From the IMG/VR virus record IMGVR_UViG_3300045119_000180, positions 32,001 to 96,000 of that record: a stretch of DNA of 64,000 nt; one strand, 5' to 3'. Made by a program: the position numbers and the translations under genes. The DNA is from a virus. Position 1 is the first letter of the stretch. Each line of letters opens with the position of its first letter. Positions 8,169 to 16,584 of the stretch are shown here, in pieces. The notes beneath the pieces were generated by a model that was not told where the DNA came from, ran no database searches, and was given only the letters and a program-made list of their open reading frames with translations.

Positions 8169-8744
8169 ATGAAATGTCCACGGTGCGGCATTGGAATCGA
8201 CGATGACAACGACGGTAATTGTGGTGTGTGCGCAAAGTGGAATGACGCCAAGTTACGCGAGATGACCGGACGCCCGACTCCAGCAGACAAACTAGCAGCG
8301 GTGGTCAATAAGTGGCGCAGGAGTGCTCGCAAGGCGGTGAATATAGGCACTGCGGGTGCATACATGGAATGCTTTGAAGATGTTGAACCCATCCTGGCTG
8401 AACTCCAGCGAGCGCAGGGGCGAGAATTGCTATACATGGCTGAGTCTGTTAGTCGATTGATTCACGCATGGGATTTGTTTCACTCACATCTACCCGATGG
8501 CGAATACAAAGGGCTAGGAGAAATGCGCATGGCGATTACCTACGCCAAGAAGCACCTGCTCTCCGCGCCCACGCCAGCCGAGCAACAGGAAATAGTCAAT
8601 GTAGGCGACAGGAAGTTTACGCGCACCCCTAATATCGTGGGAGATTTACAAGAAATTGTTTCAGATGGTTCCACGCCAGCCGTGCCATTACAAGTTAATT
8701 CTGCTGTGCCATTGCAAGTGAATTATGCTAAGGAGAAAGAATAG
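8169..8744 (+). CDS. hypothetical protein with N-terminal Zn ribbon
   Basis: CPRC...CGVC; C-terminal AVPLQVN duplication. Confidence 0.65.
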   Translation: MKCPRCGIGIDDDNDGNCGVCAKWNDAKLREMTGRPTPADKLAAVVNKWRRSARKAVNIGTAGAYMECFEDVEPILAELQRAQGRELLYMAESVSRLIHAWDLFHSHLPDGEYKGLGEMRMAITYAKKHLLSAPTPAEQQEIVNVGDRKFTRTPNIVGDLQEIVSDGSTPAVPLQVNSAVPLQVNYAKEKE

Positions 8745-8998
8745 TGGAAGACGTTAAAGAATTATATCAAGAACGAATTGGAAAGATGACGAAGCGACAG
8801 TTCGCAGCCGAATTAAAACGTACAATTAAATCCGGCCAGCCGAATATAATGAATGGCGGCATCCGTGCGATTATCGGAAACATTCTTTTAAACGGCAATA
8901 CAAACGGCAACGATCCTTATTTCAATAATACCGGCAAGCGTCGTGGAGCCGGCAAGGGTACAGGTGGATTGGTCCTTGGTGGTGGAGGGCGCGGTTGA
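8744..8998 (+). CDS. hypothetical protein, Gly-rich C-terminus
   Basis: ORF track; coupled. Confidence 0.55.
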   Translation: MEDVKELYQERIGKMTKRQFAAELKRTIKSGQPNIMNGGIRAIIGNILLNGNTNGNDPYFNNTGKRRGAGKGTGGLVLGGGGRG

Positions 8999-9366
8999 AA
9001 CTTCTGTTAGTGTTCTTTCTTTTGCCAACGGTCATATACGGACAGTCAAAGAAAGAATTACTAAAGGTGTATTCTGAGGCTAATAAAGATTACTTTGAAA
9101 ATAAGTTGCCTCCGATCAGTATAGTATTTATAAAACATTTACAACAAAATGGTGATAGTCTTATGGCAACGACATTCTGTAATGATGCCGGTTGCACAAT
9201 TGATATAGACCCGGATAAAAACCCTAACACCCGGGTAGCGGTTATGACGCTTTATCATGAAACGTGTCACGTTTATCTGTGGGATAAGCAAGCAGGTCAC
9301 GGAGAAAAGTTCGAAAATTGTATGGTAAGATTGGCTGAATTGGGTGCTTTTGAGGGTTATTGGTGA
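8995..9366 (+). CDS. SprT-like zinc metallopeptidase with signal peptide
   Basis: N..YF...LP, HETCH (HExxH), HGEKF; hydrophobic N-terminus. Confidence 0.75.
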   Translation: MKLLLVFFLLPTVIYGQSKKELLKVYSEANKDYFENKLPPISIVFIKHLQQNGDSLMATTFCNDAGCTIDIDPDKNPNTRVAVMTLYHETCHVYLWDKQAGHGEKFENCMVRLAELGAFEGYW

Positions 9367-9728
9367 TAGATAAGGTTCGGGCAAGAAGATTAAAAAATTT
9401 CTTTAATTTAACTGAAGAAGAGTGGGAACGAATTAGCCGCTATCAAAACGGCGTCTGCGCTATTTCTGGCAAGAAGCAGAAGAGTGGCAAGAGACTGGCT
9501 ACAGATCACGATCATAAGAGCGGCATGATCCGCGGGTTGCTGACAGCAGAATCTAACAGACTACTCGGCAAAGTAGAGCGGCTGTGGACCGTCGATCAAA
9601 TCAAATTGGTAATTGAATATCTTCTTCATCCGCCGGCCGTCCGCGCTCTAGGAAAGGAAGTATTTACATTTCCAGGCAGGCTTGGAACGAAAAGGCATAG
9701 AAAATGGCTATTAAAAAACAAAAAATAA
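9360..9728 (+). CDS. recombination endonuclease VII-like nuclease
   Basis: QNGVCAIS...LATDHDHKSGMIRGLL...N.LLG. Confidence 0.85.
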   Translation: MVIDKVRARRLKNFFNLTEEEWERISRYQNGVCAISGKKQKSGKRLATDHDHKSGMIRGLLTAESNRLLGKVERLWTVDQIKLVIEYLLHPPAVRALGKEVFTFPGRLGTKRHRKWLLKNKK

Positions 9729-9833
9729 ACTTAAATAAACATCCGTTCAGTAAATCGTTAATCAAGTGGGATAAAGATTGGCGTGCTTTTTTGGCTAACA
9801 AAACCGAATTGAAGAAATCTAACTGATGAAAAC

Positions 9834-9869
9834 TAGTGCCTGTATCTAGCCGTCTAATAGAGGCCAAAT
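9834..9869 (+). promoter_or_regulatory. putative phage middle/late promoter, copy 2
   Basis: TAGTGCCTGTATCTAGCCGTCTAATAGAGGCCAAAT; 33/36 identical to 22315-22350. Confidence 0.7.
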
Positions 9870-10593
9870 GTCAAAGATCCTACTCATAGATATTGAAACA
9901 TCGCCCTCGTTAGGCTGGGTCTGGTCAAAATGGGAGACTAACGTAATTGATTTCGAGCAAGATTGGTACATTTTGTCATTTGGTTATAAATGGCTAGGCG
10001 AAAAGAAAGTAACGGTTTTCGGGTTGGATGACTTTAACGGCTATAAAAAAGATCCAGAAAACGACAAAAATCTTATAAATATGCTGTGGACGCTTTTGGA
10101 CGAGGCGGATGTCATAATTGCTCATAACGGCGACCGATTTGATATTCCAAAAATCAACACTCGCTTCTTGACGCATAAACTGAATCCGCCTAGTCCATAC
10201 AAGACTATTGATACGCTGAAGATTGCCAGGTCAGTCTTTAAGTTCGATAGCAACAAGCTGGACGACCTAGGCAGGTATCTAAGTATCGGCCGTAAGCTTC
10301 CACATACTGGCTTTCATCTTTGGAAGGGCTGTATGTCCGGCGATAAAGCATCGTGGAAATTGATGAAGAAATATAATAGTAATGATGTTGAATTACTCGA
10401 AAAAGTGTATTATATTATGCGAAGTTGGGCAAAGAATCATCCAGCTATTAATCAAGGTCTGTCGGAATGCTGTCCGAAGTGTCAGAGTCAAAAGGTTCAA
10501 CGCCGCGGTTTTGATTACACACTTCAGCGTAAGAAGCAGCGGTACGTATGCACGGATTGTCATGGTTGGTTTCAAGGGCCGGCAACGAAATGA
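9868..10593 (+). CDS. RNase H-fold (DEDD, RNase_H_2-like) 3'-5' exonuclease with C-terminal Zn ribbon
   Basis: IDIET, HNGDRFD, YNSNDV motifs; CPKC...CTDC. Confidence 0.85.
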   Translation: MSKILLIDIETSPSLGWVWSKWETNVIDFEQDWYILSFGYKWLGEKKVTVFGLDDFNGYKKDPENDKNLINMLWTLLDEADVIIAHNGDRFDIPKINTRFLTHKLNPPSPYKTIDTLKIARSVFKFDSNKLDDLGRYLSIGRKLPHTGFHLWKGCMSGDKASWKLMKKYNSNDVELLEKVYYIMRSWAKNHPAINQGLSECCPKCQSQKVQRRGFDYTLQRKKQRYVCTDCHGWFQGPATK

Positions 10594-10817
10594 AAAAGTG
10601 GACTCGAATCAAAGATAAAAAGGAAAACAAATATTTAAAGGTGTATGAATCTGATCAAGGCGACTATAAAATTATTTATCCGAAAGCACCGAAGTGGGCA
10701 CAGAAAGTCGCATACGAGATTTGGAAAGACGCCAACAACGGCGTTCCGTATAAAAAAGGCGTCAAGACTATAGTTAAGGGGTTGTGGGCGAAAATGATTG
10801 CAGAGGCGGCAAAGTAA
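10590..10817 (+). CDS. hypothetical protein
   Basis: ATGA coupling at 10590. Confidence 0.55.
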   Translation: MKKWTRIKDKKENKYLKVYESDQGDYKIIYPKAPKWAQKVAYEIWKDANNGVPYKKGVKTIVKGLWAKMIAEAAK

Positions 10818-11242
10818 TGGCTTCATTTGATACAGGCGCAACGAGAAACGACGACATCGAGAAGTACGATTACGCGGGCTTTCTGTCCTCGTTGGTAATT
10901 GAGAGATACGCAAAGTATATGCACCTGCATCGCCGTCAGCACGATGGCACATTGAGAGCGTCAGACAACTGGAAACTAGGAATCCCGATGTCCCGGTATA
11001 TGCAAAGCCTTTGGAGGCATTTTTTCGACGTTTATAAGATCTATGAAGGCGGTACGGCGATCGATCCTGATAGCGGCGAGAAGGTAGATCTCGAGACGGC
11101 GTTGTGCGGTGTCCTATTCAATACTAACGGCCTTTTGCACGAGGCTATAAAGGGGCGTAAAACAACCGCTGCTATAGATGAACTGTATGTGTCTGAGTTG
11201 AAGGCTAATATTGCTAAACAGCAAGGGCACTGCTCAAAGTGA
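10817..11242 (+). CDS. dATP/dGTP diphosphohydrolase-like (DUF5664) protein
   Basis: FDTGATR, NWKLGIP..RYMQSLWRH, ALCGVLFN motifs. Confidence 0.8.
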   Translation: MASFDTGATRNDDIEKYDYAGFLSSLVIERYAKYMHLHRRQHDGTLRASDNWKLGIPMSRYMQSLWRHFFDVYKIYEGGTAIDPDSGEKVDLETALCGVLFNTNGLLHEAIKGRKTTAAIDELYVSELKANIAKQQGHCSK

Positions 11243-11853
11243 AAACGACGATTTCATTCGACATCGACGGCGTATTGGCAAGGTTTGACAAAGCCTTCGT
11301 CGCTGTCATTAACGACCTTTTCGATAAGAACCTTCCGGCAGATTACTCGCCGAATTCATGGGAATATTCGGAGGTGCTAACGCTTGATGAAATGGATCAG
11401 GCATTCAAGAAAATTAAAACAATACGGAATTTCTGGCACAAATTAGAACATTACGACAAAAATATAGATTCGCTACAACGTTTCCTTCACGACGAATGTC
11501 ATCATTACGATGTGTATTACATTACGTCGCGGATGGATACCGAAGGCGAATCAGCGCTTGGTCAGACCGCCGAGTGGCTTATAGATCGTGATCTATTGCT
11601 TTACAATACGTCGCTGTTGGTGGTTAGGGATCCTAAAGAAAAGAATCACATTCTTCGAGGGTTGAACGTCAAATTCAGTATTGATGACTACCTTCCTACA
11701 GTGATTCAATCCGCGGCTATCCCTAATCACCAGGCGTATTTGCTAAATCGAAGTTGGAATAGAACCGGTCGACCGGATGATGTCCCAGTTGTAAATACGG
11801 TAAGAGAGTATCTCGAGGAGATTCGAGCTTCTAAGGGGGTTTTATCCCAGTAA
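11239..11853 (+). CDS. HAD-family 5'(3')-deoxyribonucleotidase
   Basis: FDIDGVLA, ITSR, IDD, WNR motifs (NT5C-like). Confidence 0.85.
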   Translation: MKTTISFDIDGVLARFDKAFVAVINDLFDKNLPADYSPNSWEYSEVLTLDEMDQAFKKIKTIRNFWHKLEHYDKNIDSLQRFLHDECHHYDVYYITSRMDTEGESALGQTAEWLIDRDLLLYNTSLLVVRDPKEKNHILRGLNVKFSIDDYLPTVIQSAAIPNHQAYLLNRSWNRTGRPDDVPVVNTVREYLEEIRASKGVLSQ

Positions 11854-12563
11854 TTTTGAGTTTCGACACGGAGACGACCGGCTTGGATTCTGAAAAGGAT
11901 CATATTGTAGAGGTGGGCGCGATTTTGTACAGTACGGGCATGAAGCGCCAGCTTGAGGCCGCCAGCTGGCTTGTGAAGACTCCTAACACGATTACAGAAG
12001 AGATTACGGGCATTACTGGTTTAACAAACGCCGCCGTTGCTAAGTTTGGCTACGCAAGCGAGGATGCTTTAGATTCGCTGTTGTGGATGGCTGAACGCGC
12101 GGATTATTGGATTGGCCAGAATGTCATCAGGTTTGACAAAAGGTTTCTAGAAGCGTGGTGCAAGCGGCACGGTAAAGAATTGAAAGAGAAGCTGTGGATT
12201 GATACGCGAACGGATCTGCCGAACACTGAAAGCAAGCATCTTGGTTATATGGCCGCGGATAAAGGGTTCCTGAACCTCTTCCCGCACTCGGCATTGGCTG
12301 ACTGCCAGACGGTATTGAAGCTGACTGAATTTTATAACTTCGATGAAATTCTAGAACGTGCTAAACAGCAAAGCGTAGTAGTTAGAAGCCATCAGAAGTT
12401 CGAAGACAACGAACTGGCAAAGAAGCTAAAGTTTCGTTGGGTTAGTACATTAAAGGTTTGGGCTAAGGACTGCAAAGAAGGCGATATTACCGATTTGCAA
12501 GCCGTAGCACCATTTAAAGTAACAATCGAAAAAGATATACCATTAGAAGCAATTTGGTATTAA
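11844..12563 (+). CDS. DnaQ-like DEDDh 3'-5' exonuclease
   Basis: FDTETTG, QNVIRFD, HSALAD; start either ATC 11844 (after GGGGG SD) or TTG 11856. Confidence 0.85.
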   Translation: MPVILSFDTETTGLDSEKDHIVEVGAILYSTGMKRQLEAASWLVKTPNTITEEITGITGLTNAAVAKFGYASEDALDSLLWMAERADYWIGQNVIRFDKRFLEAWCKRHGKELKEKLWIDTRTDLPNTESKHLGYMAADKGFLNLFPHSALADCQTVLKLTEFYNFDEILERAKQQSVVVRSHQKFEDNELAKKLKFRWVSTLKVWAKDCKEGDITDLQAVAPFKVTIEKDIPLEAIWY

Positions 12564-12574
12564 AAAAGGATAAA

Positions 12575-12772
12575 ATGACAAAAAAAGTAGATAATTTGCC
12601 GAAGACGATTCACGTTGTTATAAGTCAAAAAGGGACTAAAGATGAGTGTTTTTTGGCAGACACGAATCTTCAGTCTTTGGTTTCCTCTGCGGATGAAAGT
12701 CCGGCTGTTGTAGGGACATATCAACTGGTAAATCAAACAAAGTGGGAAGAATCCGTGCAGGAGGTACGATAG
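12575..12772 (+). CDS. hypothetical protein
   Basis: AAGGA SD before ATG 12575. Confidence 0.55.
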   Translation: MTKKVDNLPKTIHVVISQKGTKDECFLADTNLQSLVSSADESPAVVGTYQLVNQTKWEESVQEVR

Positions 12773-13297
12773 ATGACGACATATAATACAAACACAGGTA
12801 AGGACTTTGAAGTTCCTAATACTGGCAACTTTCAAGGTGTAATCGTAGACGTATTTAAACGCGAGAAGGTTCAGACAGAATATGGCGTTCAGGATAGAGT
12901 TACAATTGTTTGGTTTCTAAACGCCGTAGATTCAGACGGCCGGCCTTTCCGAGCGATTAGCGACGTTAACGCCAAGATTTCTGCTATCCCCGGCCGTAAG
13001 AAGTCGGGTTTTTATGAATTGCTTGAACAGATCTTCGGCGTGCCGCCAGGCGCTACTTTCGAGGACGAAACACTTATAGGGATTAGCCGCAACCTTTTCA
13101 TTATGAAGGAAAAGGGCCGGAAGGATCCTACAAAGTGGTTCGGAAATATCAAGGGTATTACTCCTCTGACTCCTGACCAGACACCTATGACCGTTCCTGC
13201 CGGCTTTGTCCGCGCAAAGGATAAGCAACAGCCTGGACGATCGGTTTCGCCGGCTGTCATTCCACAAGCCGTAGCAGTGGGCGACGAACAGTTTTAG
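12773..13297 (+). CDS. putative single-stranded DNA-binding protein
   Basis: P..G.f.gVIVDV N-terminus, beta-rich core, flexible tail ending DEQF; replication context. Confidence 0.6.
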   Translation: MTTYNTNTGKDFEVPNTGNFQGVIVDVFKREKVQTEYGVQDRVTIVWFLNAVDSDGRPFRAISDVNAKISAIPGRKKSGFYELLEQIFGVPPGATFEDETLIGISRNLFIMKEKGRKDPTKWFGNIKGITPLTPDQTPMTVPAGFVRAKDKQQPGRSVSPAVIPQAVAVGDEQF

Positions 13298-13302
13298 AGA
13301 TT

Positions 13303-13382
13303 CCGAGTTCGAATCTCGGGCGTAGACGGCCTACGTAGTTCCAGGGAGCACTGGAACAGAGAGTTTGAATCTCTCAGCCGTT
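13303..13382 (+). ncRNA. tandem tRNA-like remnants (isolated T-arm plus D-arm-less cloverleaf)
   Basis: CCGAG-TTCGAAT-CTCGG; GACGGC...GTTCCAG-GGAGCA-CTGGAAC-A-GAGAG-TTTGAAT-CTCTC-AGCCGTT. Confidence 0.45.
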
Positions 13383-13424
13383 TTATCACTTCCCAAGGAG
13401 TTCTTTTTTAACTGACTAAATTAA

Positions 13425-14039
13425 ATGGCTATTATAGGGTGTCATCTTCCTTTATCTGTCCGTATAAAACTACGGGCAATAAGAAAGGAAAGAGGTGAGT
13501 GTACTTGGTGCGGTGCTGAAGTAGAAGGAGATTTGAGAAATAGAGTAACCGGAAAGTTGAGAACGATGTGCCGTAAGTGTCTTCGTGATAATGCGGACAA
13601 GTTAGCTCGATATAGGCAAATTCGTCACTCTAAAGGTTTATGTGAAAGATGCGGTAAGAATCCTCCTAAGCCAAGCCTTAAAAACTGTATAGAGTGTACG
13701 GAAAAAGTGCGCTTCTATTCTAAAAAGCACCAAGACGCAACATTTTTTGAGAAACGAGCTAGAGTCGGCGGGATGCAGTATTCGGTAGCCAGCGCAAAAA
13801 TGTTGTGGTCTCTTTGGAAAGAGCAAAGAGGCCGCTGCGCTTTAACGGGCGAAAGATTGACAAGAACGAATAGTCAATTAGACCATATATTTCCAGTATC
13901 TAAAGGCGGTTCAAACGAGCGTTCAAATTTACGTTGGCTTTTAGCAGAAGTAAATCAGGCTAAAAGAGCTTTAACAGACGATGAGTTCTTATTGTTGTGC
14001 AAACGCGTAGTCGATTGGGCGGAAAGAAATCGGAGTTAA
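13425..14039 (+). CDS. HNH endonuclease with N-terminal Zn fingers
   Basis: Multiple CxxC; QRGRCALTG...LDHIFPVSKGGSN..SNLRW....N..K. Confidence 0.85.
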   Translation: MAIIGCHLPLSVRIKLRAIRKERGECTWCGAEVEGDLRNRVTGKLRTMCRKCLRDNADKLARYRQIRHSKGLCERCGKNPPKPSLKNCIECTEKVRFYSKKHQDATFFEKRARVGGMQYSVASAKMLWSLWKEQRGRCALTGERLTRTNSQLDHIFPVSKGGSNERSNLRWLLAEVNQAKRALTDDEFLLLCKRVVDWAERNRS

Positions 14040-14040
14040 C

Positions 14041-16074
14041 TTGACCTTTCTCGAGATAGCCAAACCTTTAACAGCCCGCGGGATTCCAGTTATACCGCTA
14101 CGACCAAGAACCAAAATCGCGTTACTAGACGATTGGCAAAACCGAGCGACTACCGACGAATCTCAAATTCAGTTGTGGCACGAAGAGTACCCGGAGGCTA
14201 ATGGTGCGGTGGTAGCTATCGCTGTTAGTACCGGATTCTGGTTTTTGGAGGTGGATAGCCATGAAGTCGTCCCGCGTATTGAAAAAGAAACAGGCCAGAA
14301 GTTCCCGGAAACCTTTGCGGTCAGATCGTCACCGGGAAAAAGCCATTTCTACTTCAGACAGTCAACAGCTAGTATGCGAATGGGCAACATTGCTCAGACT
14401 AAAGAGAGCGGTTGGTCCGCAAGGGTGGACAGATCTTATTGCGTTAGCCCGGGAAGCGTCCACCCGATTACAGGACTTTGCTACGAAGTTAAAAACTCAG
14501 CAGAAATCGTCGAAGCGCCAGAATGGCTAATCGAGTGGCTTAAAAACCAACGCATCGAAAAGAAATCCGTTCAGCCAGACGAAGATCAGCATTTTTATTC
14601 CGGTAGCCGTAACGTCCATCTAGCCAGCCGCGCTGGTAAGATGCGCAACGCAGGCATGAGCCAAACGGAGATTGAGAATACGCTGTTGCGTATGAACCAG
14701 GATCTTTGTCATCCGCCGCTAGATGAAAACGAAGTTCGCGTAATTGCTGGAAGTATCTCGAGATACGACATTCCACGTGAAACGGTCCTGTTACATGGCG
14801 GCGTTCCGGTCAACGGTAATGGAGGCGTGGCCGTACAGACGGCGGTAGAGGCGCCGCAGCATCAAAGTGCCATTATTCCTTATCCGGTCTTCCCGGATTG
14901 GGTTATGTCCGGAACGTCGCTTTACGAAGGTTTTATCAAACCTATTTGCGATATTAATAGCCGGTATCCCAGCTTTATGTTCATGCCGGCTGTCGCGCTG
15001 ATGCTGAACTACCTTGGTACACGCATTACGATTGAGTACAAGCCAAATAAGCCTAATATCTTTCTCGTTCTGATCGGCAGGCGTGGCAGAACAATGAAGT
15101 CGGCCAGCGTAGAAGACGCTTTGCATTACTTCGAACAAGCCGGATTGCTAGCGCATGGCGGTCCTGGAATAGCCAATGCAGGCGGCAAAATGCTCGTCTG
15201 GACGCCCGGTTCACCTGAAGGCTTTGGTTTAGAGATGGCCAGGACGAACTGTAAGAACGGTGTTATCTATTACGATGAATTGTCAACGTTGACCAGCAAG
15301 GCCGGTATTGAGAATAGCGGACTAGCTAGCCGACTATTACAGCTTTACGAATCCGCAAAGTTCCAGAACGTCGTTAAGTCAAAGAAGGAAACGTTTGGTT
15401 TAGAGCCTAAGACGTATTGCGCGTGTCTTCTAGCCTGTTCAACGGATAAGAACTTTCAAAAGGATTGGGCGAAGATGTCCGCGGGCAGTTCCGGACTGGA
15501 CGATCGAATGTTCTTTCTTCTGCAGCCTGAAACGCTCAAGGAACTCACTCCGTACAAGGCTGTTTGTGTTCAGGAAGGCGCCCTCGAGACTCGAAGGTTG
15601 ATTGACAAGGCTATTGACCAACAGCACTTTAAATTCTCAGATGAGATGGTTCTGCAGGCGGCTAGTAAGCGGCTAGGCAACCGAGCCTTTATCCGTGTAG
15701 AGAAGCTGGCTATTTACTTCGCTGTCGATCTAGGTCGAGATGAACTAGATTCAGATTGTTGCGAACGCGCACTTGCGGTTTGCGAGTACGAACAGTCTGT
15801 CAAGAAATATCTAAAAACGTTTGAAGGCGTTACGAAAGAGAGTTTGCTACAACAAGAAATTATGTTTAGGGTGAGGCAAAGCCCAGAAGGATTAACTGTT
15901 AGAGATATTAATAGGGTTCTACATCCCAAACGCTACGGCACCAGCCTATGGAAGACAGCTTATTATGGCCTTCTTAACATGGGCTGGTTGGCCGAGATCG
16001 GAGATGGAACTAAATCGTCGCCACGCAGACTGATATCTTTATTGGCCGCCGAAGACGATGAGGATGAAGATTAA
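14041..16074 (+). CDS. bifunctional primase-polymerase (Prim-Pol) with PriCT-1 and C-terminal DUF3987-like helicase domain
   Basis: VIPL...K, LEVDSH, GKSHFYF, PGSVHPITG; GSRNVHL...PPLDENEV; Walker-like GRRGRTMKS and YYDE. Confidence 0.8.
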   Translation: MTFLEIAKPLTARGIPVIPLRPRTKIALLDDWQNRATTDESQIQLWHEEYPEANGAVVAIAVSTGFWFLEVDSHEVVPRIEKETGQKFPETFAVRSSPGKSHFYFRQSTASMRMGNIAQTKESGWSARVDRSYCVSPGSVHPITGLCYEVKNSAEIVEAPEWLIEWLKNQRIEKKSVQPDEDQHFYSGSRNVHLASRAGKMRNAGMSQTEIENTLLRMNQDLCHPPLDENEVRVIAGSISRYDIPRETVLLHGGVPVNGNGGVAVQTAVEAPQHQSAIIPYPVFPDWVMSGTSLYEGFIKPICDINSRYPSFMFMPAVALMLNYLGTRITIEYKPNKPNIFLVLIGRRGRTMKSASVEDALHYFEQAGLLAHGGPGIANAGGKMLVWTPGSPEGFGLEMARTNCKNGVIYYDELSTLTSKAGIENSGLASRLLQLYESAKFQNVVKSKKETFGLEPKTYCACLLACSTDKNFQKDWAKMSAGSSGLDDRMFFLLQPETLKELTPYKAVCVQEGALETRRLIDKAIDQQHFKFSDEMVLQAASKRLGNRAFIRVEKLAIYFAVDLGRDELDSDCCERALAVCEYEQSVKKYLKTFEGVTKESLLQQEIMFRVRQSPEGLTVRDINRVLHPKRYGTSLWKTAYYGLLNMGWLAEIGDGTKSSPRRLISLLAAEDDEDED

Positions 16075-16584
16075 TTGAAGCCGGAGATTAAGAGAAATAA
16101 ATGGGGTGTTCGTATTTGTGAGCACAACAGATTACAATATCGATGCAAAGAATGTGACGGAAGTCTAATTTGTGAGCATAATAGACGACGAAATGATTGC
16201 ATAGAATGCGGCGGTGCTTCAATCTGTGAGCACAAAAGACATCGAAATCGTTGTAAAGAGTGTCGCCCTTTAGGTTGGGCTAAAGTTAAATTGAAACAGA
16301 TGCGTCAACGTTCTCGAAAAGGTGGATACAAAATCCCTGATATAACACCAGAGAGAATTTTGTTGCTTAGCACAAAAAAGAACTGCCTTATGTGTCATTT
16401 GCCTTTTACGTTAAACAACAACCCGTCTTGTCTTCATCATAATCACGAGACCGGTGAAGTTTACGGGTTCGCTCATAGGGATTGTAATCGAATGGAGGGT
16501 TTTTTCGGTAAATTGACTACGGCTCAGCAGGTTCGTTTTTTACAGACTCAATTCCCGGATGTCGTCAAGGCACTTAGAAAATGA
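16075..16584 (+). CDS. EndoVII-type (homing) endonuclease with N-terminal CEH-x-R-CxxC repeats
   Basis: Three CEH...CKEC-type repeats; LHHNHETGEVYGFAHRDCN. Confidence 0.75.
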   Translation: MKPEIKRNKWGVRICEHNRLQYRCKECDGSLICEHNRRRNDCIECGGASICEHKRHRNRCKECRPLGWAKVKLKQMRQRSRKGGYKIPDITPERILLLSTKKNCLMCHLPFTLNNNPSCLHHNHETGEVYGFAHRDCNRMEGFFGKLTTAQQVRFLQTQFPDVVKALRK

